Positions 49,953 through 56,132 of a stretch of DNA of 64,000 bases are shown in pieces (the first letter of the stretch is position 1; every line of letters begins with the position of its first letter). A model generated the notes under the pieces. The model saw nothing but the letters and a program-made list of their open reading frames with translations. It was not told the origin of the DNA and made no database searches. The stretch covers positions 64,001 through 128,000 of the IMG/VR virus record IMGVR_UViG_3300034684_000299, one strand, 5' to 3'. Made by a program: the position numbers and the translations under genes. The DNA comes from a virus.

Positions 49953-51005
49953 CTATAATAATTTTGGTCTTTCTGGTTTCCAAGCTTTTTGCAATTTGTC
50001 CACTGACGTTGAAAGTATTTGAGTTTCTGGTGGTACTTCAATTGTTTTATGTGTTGGTTCGCCTTTGTATTTCAAATATATTTTATATGTTCCAGTAATA
50101 TCTTTGGGTAATTTGAGTCTAACTTTTGCTCCATAATAATCAAGTATTTCATGAGGGATTATTGTACCGTCTTCTAATTGAAATTCAAAATTGTCTAAGA
50201 TTTCTTGAGCAGAAGAACCTACTGATATTTGATATGGTTCTTCTGTTAATCCTTGATTTAACAAATGCCAATTTGGATGAAGATTCGGATAATAAGGTCC
50301 GCCATAAATTCCTATATTACATCTAGTACCGTCTGGATTGAGAATAGTAGGATCTCCTGTATGCAACCATGCTCCACCTGATACTATATTGTATGCTTGA
50401 TCAAAAGTGATATTATTATAATTAAGATTGTATCCAGAACCTCCGGGATACACACAGTTTTTGAATTCCATTGAGCCACCATATAGAGTTGGAGTATATG
50501 TGAATATTGTATTGTAAAAGTGTGCATTTAAATTATCAAAAGTAGAATAACCTCGAACAAATTTATTAAAAATGCAATTATAGATATTAATATTTATTAT
50601 GTCTGGCCAAGATCCAAAAAGATATGAAGCTCCAGCCGCCGCATCGTTTTGTTGAATAGTTAATCCTATAAGGTTAACGTTATTTAAAAAAAGAAATCCA
50701 CGATCCCAATCATGTGTGTTAGCTGTAGAAATAATAGTATTTAAAGGATTAGTTCCTATTAAGCTAGGAAAAAATATAGAATCTCCACGAGTATGAACGT
50801 AAACATAAGTTCCAGGCGAGAAAAATACAGCATGGGTATTATCTACTGTACCTAATGATATAGCTACAGATACAAATCCTTGAATAGTTTTAAATGGTTT
50901 ATTCTTACTCCCATCCCCAGTAGTATCTGAACCATTGTTTGCGTCTAAATACCAAATCTTACTGAACGTCAAGACTTCATTATTAATTTGAATACTTTCC
51001 GACAT
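49953..51005 (-). CDS. Right-handed beta-helix (DUF1565/pectin-lyase-like) protein
   Basis: WYLDANNGSDTTGDGSKNKPFKTIQ start, Asn-rich repeats, PDGTRCNIGIYGGP end. Confidence 0.7.
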   Translation of the reverse strand: MSESIQINNEVLTFSKIWYLDANNGSDTTGDGSKNKPFKTIQGFVSVAISLGTVDNTHAVFFSPGTYVYVHTRGDSIFFPSLIGTNPLNTIISTANTHDWDRGFLFLNNVNLIGLTIQQNDAAAGASYLFGSWPDIININIYNCIFNKFVRGYSTFDNLNAHFYNTIFTYTPTLYGGSMEFKNCVYPGGSGYNLNYNNITFDQAYNIVSGGAWLHTGDPTILNPDGTRCNIGIYGGPYYPNLHPNWHLLNQGLTEEPYQISVGSSAQEILDNFEFQLEDGTIIPHEILDYYGAKVRLKLPKDITGTYKIYLKYKGEPTHKTIEVPPETQILSTSVDKLQKAWKPERPKLL

Positions 51006-51164
51006 TGTGTATCCCTCGCTAATATAATTTCTTTCAGTTATTCCCTTGCTTCAATTATATCATACAATCAAAAATAAGTCCGCTCAAGATGAGGATTAAG
51101 TTGGAATGGGAAGAAATAAATAGTCCAAAAACTGCCTTATAATAACTTGAAAAAAATGGGTTTA

Positions 51165-51180
51165 TTTTGGTATATATAAT
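51165..51180 (+). promoter_or_regulatory. Repeated TTTTGGTATATATAAT promoter motif
   Basis: Preceded by TTGAAA; upstream of a small membrane gene. Confidence 0.7.
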
Positions 51181-51220
51181 GTAGAGGAAAAGAAACATAA
51201 ATTATTAGGAGGTAGAAACA

Positions 51221-51364
51221 ATGATCATTGATTTATTGATTTTAATATGGTTTTTCATAGCATTTTTGCCTGCTTCTATATATTTCGGAGCAGGAATGGT
51301 AATTGTTCAAATAGCTCTGTTTACTGCTACTATTGTAGCAGTAATCATAGCTGAAAGAGACTGA
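51221..51364 (+). CDS. 47-aa two-TM membrane peptide
   Basis: Manual call; AGGAGG SD; MIIDLLILIWFFIAFLPASIYFGAGMVIVQIALFTATIVAVIIAERD. Confidence 0.7.
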   Translation: MIIDLLILIWFFIAFLPASIYFGAGMVIVQIALFTATIVAVIIAERD

Positions 51365-51416
51365 ACATGCGTCTCTTTTTTTTGGAAAATTATATCATGA
51401 AAAAGGAGGTGAAAAT

Positions 51417-51596
51417 ATGCAGAAATTATTTAATATAGTGGTTTTAACAATAGCCACTATACTTAGTATTGGAGTAATAATACATTTTGAAAAGAAAGAA
51501 GAATCAGTTGCAAGAGAAAGATTTTATCAGGAATTCGGGATGACTCCCGAGGAATACATGGAGAGTCGTCCTGATTGGGGATTTGAAGAGAGGTGA
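51417..51596 (+). CDS. 59-aa single-TM protein
   Basis: Manual call; AAGGAGGTG SD; own terminator hairpin at 51590-51612. Confidence 0.7.
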   Translation: MQKLFNIVVLTIATILSIGVIIHFEKKEESVARERFYQEFGMTPEEYMESRPDWGFEER

Positions 51597-51648
51597 GAAA
51601 TCACCTCTTTTTTAGTAATAAAATTTTTTTAGAGAAGGAGGTTTTAAT

Positions 51649-52158
51649 ATGGTTATGGTTCGTACTACGTTCAGAGAAAGTATCCCGTTGGAAAACGGGA
51701 AGTATCTTTCTCGAGAAAAATGGATGGGATTAGTTGTAGTGGCGTCAGAACCACTAAGAAGAACGGTTCCAAGATCTGGATTTGAAGGGATAGGGGTGCC
51801 AGACCCCCTAGAATCTATCTTAATAAGTGGAGAGGAAAAAGAGGTTGGAAAGAAATTATTTAAAGGAGATACTGTAGAAGTATTTCCCGGGGAATATAGG
51901 ATTTCTAAAAAAGGTAATCCTGTATTTGAGTTCAAAAAGGATGGGTCTCATAGGTTCGTAGCAGTCAATTGGATGGTAACTTATGGAACAAACGGGGAAT
52001 TAAATTACCCAGTTGATCCAAAAATAGTAATTCACAAAAGAAAAGAAAGATCTGGTAGTGGCAAAACAGGCACTACCTATTATGTTCTTAATACTCCGTT
52101 GACTGAGGACCTCATCAACGGGGTATTTAGTGAGGATGATTTCACATTAGAGGAATGA
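51649..52158 (+). CDS. Hypothetical protein
   Basis: 169-aa ORF with AAGGAGG SD. Confidence 0.7.
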   Translation: MVMVRTTFRESIPLENGKYLSREKWMGLVVVASEPLRRTVPRSGFEGIGVPDPLESILISGEEKEVGKKLFKGDTVEVFPGEYRISKKGNPVFEFKKDGSHRFVAVNWMVTYGTNGELNYPVDPKIVIHKRKERSGSGKTGTTYYVLNTPLTEDLINGVFSEDDFTLEE

Positions 52159-52181
52159 ACACGCTTCCTCTTTTTTTTACT
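52149..52181 (+). repeat. 33-bp direct repeat/terminator, copy 1
   Basis: AGAGGAATGAACACGCTTCCTCTTTTTTTTACT, identical to 52496-52528. Confidence 0.9.
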
Positions 52182-52218
52182 TTGACTTCCAAAGAGGAAG
52201 TCTAAAAAACCTTATAAA

Positions 52219-52234
52219 TTTTGGTATATATAAT
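52219..52234 (+). promoter_or_regulatory. Repeated TTTTGGTATATATAAT promoter motif
   Basis: Upstream of the 52277 ORF. Confidence 0.7.
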
Positions 52235-52276
52235 TTAGAGAAGAAAGAATATTAATATTATAGGAGGTGGAGCATA

Positions 52277-52492
52277 ATGTTTAAATTGTTTTGTAACAAC
52301 TTTGTGCCTGAAGAGGCACGCAAAGGGGCGAAATTAGTTCTGCCCCTTAACACAGGGTTTTTAAGAGACCAGGATGAGGTGTATTTACTAGAGGATTGTA
52401 CATATACCATTAACAAACCAGAAGTACCATTTGTGACAATTAAAATAACCGAAAAAGACCGAGAACTCAACAGAGTTCTCGTCATCTATTAA
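52277..52492 (+). CDS. Hypothetical protein
   Basis: 71-aa ORF with AGGAGGTG SD. Confidence 0.65.
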   Translation: MFKLFCNNFVPEEARKGAKLVLPLNTGFLRDQDEVYLLEDCTYTINKPEVPFVTIKITEKDRELNRVLVIY

Positions 52493-52495
52493 AAA

Positions 52496-52528
52496 AGAGG
52501 AATGAACACGCTTCCTCTTTTTTTTACT
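52496..52528 (+). repeat. 33-bp direct repeat/terminator, copy 2
   Basis: Identical to 52149-52181. Confidence 0.9.
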
Positions 52529-52530
52529 AT

Positions 52531-52783
52531 GTGAACTACTTACCTCTAAAGAGGTAAGCTTCCTAATTCATCGACCGTTGCGACAATGAATGCCCGTCTT
52601 ACACAGTCTCCAAAGGCTTAACATCCCCCAGTTCCTGGGGTAGAGTTCTTTTAAGTAGGAACTAACTGCAATACAATTATATCACATTCGTAAGTAATTA
52701 ACAACGATTTTTGCCTTAAATTAGCCTTGTATTTTCAGCTTTCATCTCTCCAATAAATTGGAGAGTGTTCTCGCTGAATTTTC
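52531..52783 (-). mobile_element. Non-autonomous IS200/IS605-type element (PATE-like), copy 2
   Basis: Reverse complement of 31650-31902 with two substitutions; TTAT 5' flank, TCAC end. Confidence 0.85.
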
Positions 52784-52807
52784 ATAATATTAAAAAAATC
52801 TTTAAAA

Positions 52808-52823
52808 TATTGGTATATATAAT
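52808..52823 (+). promoter_or_regulatory. Repeated TTGGTATATATAAT promoter motif
   Basis: Upstream of the 52845 ORF. Confidence 0.65.
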
Positions 52824-52844
52824 ATAGGAGGTGAAGAAAGAAAA

Positions 52845-53246
52845 ATGGATAAAATGAAAGTAGTAAGGAGAAAGAAAAAAGTATTGCTGTTAAACGAATT
52901 AGGTCACGACGTAGCCTCCTGGAGATTTAAAAGTCTCCAGAAGGCAGAAAAAGCAAAAAAGGAAATGAAAAAACAAAACTTAGAAGAGATTTACATGAAA
53001 GTAAAACAAAGGTGGGAACACAAGGAAGTCGAAGTACCACCTTGTGATTTACACGACCTTATAGTGTCGAGAAAAAAAAGGTTGGAAAAATGGGAGCGTT
53101 TGAGGAAAGTCAAATTGGCACATCCAGAAATATTTGAGCATTTAGAATTTGTTGAAGAAGAACCAAGTGTGCTTAACATTTGGTTCTATAGGGGCATAGA
53201 AAATAAGAGAACCGGTCACGATATAAAGTTTTTCTGGGAAGAGTAA
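52845..53246 (+). CDS. Hypothetical basic protein
   Basis: 133-aa ORF with AGGAGGTG SD and a downstream hairpin. Confidence 0.65.
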   Translation: MDKMKVVRRKKKVLLLNELGHDVASWRFKSLQKAEKAKKEMKKQNLEEIYMKVKQRWEHKEVEVPPCDLHDLIVSRKKRLEKWERLRKVKLAHPEIFEHLEFVEEEPSVLNIWFYRGIENKRTGHDIKFFWEE

Positions 53247-53300
53247 GGAGAGTGTCAATACTCTCCTTACTCTCCTTTTTTTAAAAAGGAGGTATAAGGA

Positions 53301-53591
53301 ATGACATATTTGGGTAATGCTTTCTCCCTTCAAATGTTGGCGGAGATTCCGTCAACTTTGAAAGTGGAAGAGGTTTCTTGGGGAGAAATTCCCGCGGGAG
53401 TTGTTTCAGTTGTCGGACACCAAGACACGGCCCGTGTCTTGGGTGTTCCGTTTAATAGAGTATCTATAACGTTGGAAAAGGGTGACATTTTATATGTTGC
53501 CCAGCTCCAAGGAGGACGTCTCCCAGAGGGGGCTACCACGCTCCCCGAGGGATTTAGTTTTAAATATTTGAAAGTCGAGATTGTTGATTAA
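53301..53591 (+). CDS. acrIII-1: AcrIII-1-like viral ring nuclease (DUF1874/B116 family)
   Basis: YLGNAFSLQML, VGHQDTA (catalytic His), NRVSITLEKGD and RLPEG motifs match the DUF1874 family as recalled. Confidence 0.8.
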   Translation: MTYLGNAFSLQMLAEIPSTLKVEEVSWGEIPAGVVSVVGHQDTARVLGVPFNRVSITLEKGDILYVAQLQGGRLPEGATTLPEGFSFKYLKVEIVD

Positions 53592-53605
53592 TCTCGACTT
53601 TCCTC

Positions 53606-53793
53606 CAACTAAGCACATTTTCCGTTCAGCTTAGTTGAAGTATGAACGAACGGATAGGTTTGCAGGCGTTGCCCCGCTACGTCTGCAAAACCGAAAACTA
53701 ATGCGGGGCTGCATTTCAAACCTAGCAGAATAAACTGTTGGGTTTGAAATGCAGAATTCTCACCTCGCTTCATAGAATCACTCCTCACCTCCT
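53606..53793 (+). ncRNA. Uncharacterised structured RNA (two H-type pseudoknots plus a long hairpin)
   Basis: Stems 53606-14/53629-37 with 53621-27/53648-54; 53659-69/53679-89 with 53671-77/53703-09; 19-bp hairpin 53710-53753; G:U pairs favour the plus strand. Confidence 0.6.
53609..53773 (-). CDS. Possible 54-aa antisense sORF
   Basis: AGGAGGTGAGGAG SD 7 nt before ATG; MKRGENSAFQTQQFILLGLKCSPALVFGF...; may be a by-product of an anti-SD tract. Confidence 0.25.
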   Translation of the reverse strand: MKRGENSAFQTQQFILLGLKCSPALVFGFADVAGQRLQTYPFVHTSTKLNGKCA

Positions 53794-53813
53794 AAACACA
53801 TGTTTATTTATTG

Positions 53814-53870
53814 GGAACGTGCGTACAGGCAGGCGTACGTTCCATCTTTTTTTTATTTTTTTTATTTTTT
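53814..53870 (+). terminator. Intrinsic terminator
   Basis: GGAACGTGCG/CGTACGTTCC stem followed by long T runs. Confidence 0.7.
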
Positions 53871-53875
53871 ATTTT

Positions 53876-53948
53876 GGGGACGAATGGGATTGACAAGGAT
53901 ACTGGTGCACATCCTTGGATGCGGGTTCGATTCCCGCCGTCTCCACCA
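53876..53948 (+). ncRNA. Mini-tmRNA: tRNA-like domain only
   Basis: Acceptor GGGGACG/CGTCTCC with G3:U70, A discriminator, encoded CCA, stemless D-loop ending GAC, T arm GCGGG-TTCGATT-CCCGC; helix 2 closed by a 10-nt loop. Confidence 0.8.
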
Positions 53949-53986
53949 GTTAGCTTCAAAAATTTAATTAGAAAGGAGGGAAGAAT

Positions 53987-54190
53987 ATGTTAACAGACAA
54001 AGAAATCTTTCAAGAAGTTTTAGATGTTATTGAAGGGAGGAAAAAAATAGAAGAAGTAGATGATATAGTCAGATGGGAATATGAAAGATGGATCAGATAC
54101 ATCAACGGTGGTATTCCCATTGAGACAGTTCTGAGAGAGTTGAAACACAGGTTGGAAACAGGAAACTTCCATCCTGAGTATGAAGAATAA
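53987..54190 (+). CDS. Small acidic hypothetical protein
   Basis: 67 aa, AAGGAGG SD. Confidence 0.65.
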   Translation: MLTDKEIFQEVLDVIEGRKKIEEVDDIVRWEYERWIRYINGGIPIETVLRELKHRLETGNFHPEYEE

Positions 54191-54208
54191 TTTTTTTGCA
54201 AAAAAAGA

Positions 54209-54237
54209 TTGACAAAAAGAGAAAAAAGTAGTATCAT
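54209..54237 (+). promoter_or_regulatory. Sigma70 promoter for the Y RNA/tRNA/Ro60 operon
   Basis: TTGACA-17 nt-TATCAT, about 8 nt before the first Y RNA. Confidence 0.8.
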
Positions 54238-54245
54238 AAATATAT

Positions 54246-54304
54246 GGGGTGGTGTGTGAAACGGTTACTTCGGTTGAGAATAATACCGTTTCCAGTTGTT
54301 CCCC
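54246..54304 (+). ncRNA. Short Y RNA-like RNA (no tRNA domain)
   Basis: Shares TGGTG..TGAA, TACTTCG and TGTTCC motifs with the two longer copies; GGGG/CCCC closing stem. Confidence 0.65.
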
Positions 54305-54323
54305 TCATTTTATAGAAAAAAGT

Positions 54324-54460
54324 ACTACGTTGGTGTAGTGAAGAGTTACTTCGCCTATTAAGCGGGAGGTCGCAGGTTCAAATCCTGCCTGTATGCTTCG
54401 GCATACAGTAGCTCAGCGGTAGAGCGCCATAAATTACTCTTCACGCCTGTTCCACGTAGT
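54324..54460 (+). ncRNA. yrlA: YrlA-type Y RNA with permuted tRNA-like domain
   Basis: Closing stem ACTACGT/ACGTAGT, T arm GCAGG-TTCAAAT-CCTGC, acceptor stem capped by TTCG, D arm GCTC-AGCGGTA-GAGC; upstream of Ro60. Confidence 0.85.
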
Positions 54461-54467
54461 ATTTCAT

Positions 54468-54612
54468 AGCTGTGTTGGTGTAATGAAGAGATACTTCGCT
54501 TGTTAAGCCGGTAATGCTGGTTCAACTCCAGCCTGAAGTATTCCATTGGAATACTCAGTCGTCTAACGGGTAGGACGCCGTAAATTTCTCTTCATGCTTG
54601 TTCCACACAGCT
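54468..54612 (+). ncRNA. yrlA: YrlA-type Y RNA with permuted tRNA-like domain
   Basis: Closing stem AGCTGTGT/ACACAGCT, T arm GCTGG-TTCAACT-CCAGC, capped acceptor stem, D arm GTC-TAACGGGTA-GGAC. Confidence 0.85.
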
Positions 54613-54633
54613 TTTCTTTTTTTATCATTTTTT

Positions 54634-54708
54634 TCTGGGTTAGCTCAAAGGAAGAGCAAGTGGCTGTTAACCACTTTGTTGGGGGTTCGAATCCCTCACC
54701 CAGAGCCA
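54634..54708 (+). tRNA. tRNA-Asn (GTT)
   Basis: Acceptor TCTGGGT/ACCCAGA, anticodon arm AGTGG-CTGTTAA-CCACT, TTCGAAT loop, G discriminator, encoded CCA. Confidence 0.93.
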
Positions 54709-54746
54709 TATTACTGGTTCCAAAAAAATAAAAAGGTGGTGGTAAA

Positions 54747-56069
54747 ATGAGTAAAGTAAATGTGAAGAAAAGTTCCCCTTTAAAAACCCATGAAGGAGGG
54801 CCAGCAAGAGAAATAAACGCTTTGTGGAAGTTAAAACGTTCTCTCATGGCCTGTTTGCTCTGGGAAGATACCTTCTACGAAGAAGGTGTTGACATTGCCC
54901 AGAGAATAGAAACATTAGTGAGTGAAGTAAAACCCGAAGAAGCAAAAAATCTAGCAATTGAAGCTAGAGAGAATATGAAGATTAGGCATGCACCTCTTTG
55001 GGTAGTTCGTGCTATGGCACGATTACCTGAACACAAAAGACTAGTGTCTGAGACGCTGGAAAGAGTGATTCAGCGTCCAGATGAATTAACAGAATTTTTA
55101 GCTCTTTACTGGTTAGATGGGAAACAACCTCTATCTAACCAAGTAAAGAAAGGATTGGCGAAGGCGTTTACAAAATTTGACGCCTATCAACTCGCCAAGT
55201 ACAACAGGGATGGGCAAGTGAAACTGAGAGACGTTATGTTTCTCACCCATCCAAAACCGTTAAACTTAGAACAGGAAGAAATATGGAAACAACTCGTGGA
55301 TGGTACTTTACCTTCTCCAGAAACATGGGAGGTAGAATTATCTGCGGGGAAAGATAAAAAAGAAACATGGGAAAGATTACTTTCCCAGAATAAATTAGGA
55401 GCTCTAGCTTTATTAAGGAATTTGAGAAACATGGAAGAAGTCGGAGTGAATAGAAAATTAATTATTGAAGCACTCCGACGTATGAAAACTGAAAAAGTTC
55501 TTCCATTTAGGTTTATTGCTGCTGCGAGATATGCTCCTTCACTAGAACCATACCTTGAGGAAGCAATGTTTAAATGTATTCCTCAAGAGAAAATAATTCA
55601 AGGTAAAACAATTCTATTAATTGATGTCTCTGGTTCGATGGAAAGGGCTCTGTCTGAAAAATCAGATATGACAAGAATGGATGCAGCAGCAGGACTTGCC
55701 ATCTTAGCTAGAGAAATGTGTGAAGAAGTAAATGTATATACGTTTTCAGATAATGAAAAATTAGTACCACCTCGAAGGGGATTTGCTCTTCGAGATGCAA
55801 TAGTTAATAGTCAGTCTCACAATGGCACTTATCTTGGTAGGTCAATAAGTGCTATAAATCAAAAAGAACAATATGATAGAATAATAGTATTTACAGACGA
55901 GCAATCTGCAGATTCAGTACCTGCTCCGGAATCTAGAGGTTACATGATCAATGTAGCCAATTACGAGAATGGAGTAGGCTACGGATCTTGGACACACATT
56001 GATGGTTTTTCAGAAGCTGTCATAGATTATATATTGGAATATGAAAAATTGATTAATAATAATTATTAG
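54747..56069 (+). CDS. rsr: Ro60/Rsr TROVE-domain RNA-binding protein
   Basis: THEGG, LLWEDTFYEEG, QRPDELTEFL, YQLAKY, ALLRNLRNM; vWA MIDAS IDVSGSM and FTDEQ. Confidence 0.92.
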   Translation: MSKVNVKKSSPLKTHEGGPAREINALWKLKRSLMACLLWEDTFYEEGVDIAQRIETLVSEVKPEEAKNLAIEARENMKIRHAPLWVVRAMARLPEHKRLVSETLERVIQRPDELTEFLALYWLDGKQPLSNQVKKGLAKAFTKFDAYQLAKYNRDGQVKLRDVMFLTHPKPLNLEQEEIWKQLVDGTLPSPETWEVELSAGKDKKETWERLLSQNKLGALALLRNLRNMEEVGVNRKLIIEALRRMKTEKVLPFRFIAAARYAPSLEPYLEEAMFKCIPQEKIIQGKTILLIDVSGSMERALSEKSDMTRMDAAAGLAILAREMCEEVNVYTFSDNEKLVPPRRGFALRDAIVNSQSHNGTYLGRSISAINQKEQYDRIIVFTDEQSADSVPAPESRGYMINVANYENGVGYGSWTHIDGFSEAVIDYILEYEKLINNNY

Positions 56070-56084
56070 CAATTTTTCAAAAAG

Positions 56085-56109
56085 AAGAGGCTTTTTAAGC
56101 CTCTTTTTT
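56085..56109 (+). terminator. Intrinsic terminator
   Basis: AAGAGGCTT/AAGCCTCTT followed by a T run. Confidence 0.7.
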
Positions 56110-56132
56110 AATTTTTAATAGGAGGGGTTAGT

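Noticed and set aside
31650-52783. CRISPR array suggested by repeated GTTAAGCCTTTGGAGAC blocks
   Set aside because: The three copies are dispersed and belong to IS200/605 right ends; no repeat-spacer periodicity was seen anywhere in the window.
53710-53753. Solitary CRISPR repeat (RNA anti-CRISPR) ending in TTTGAAAT
   Set aside because: The similarity is limited to a short 3' tag and is explained by the hairpin itself; it cannot be supported without host repeats.
53876-53948. Ordinary tRNA-Ala(TGC) or a prophage attP fragment
   Set aside because: There is no D stem and the loop is 10 nt with TGC off-centre; both tmRNA ends are present and paired, unlike an att remnant.
53811-53993. 60-aa ORF MGTCVQAG...
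   Set aside because: It runs through a terminator, T tracts and the mini-tmRNA; no SD.
54358-54847. Minus-strand ORFs 54358..54546 and 54563..54847
   Set aside because: They are antisense shadows of the Y RNAs, tRNA-Asn and the Ro60 start.
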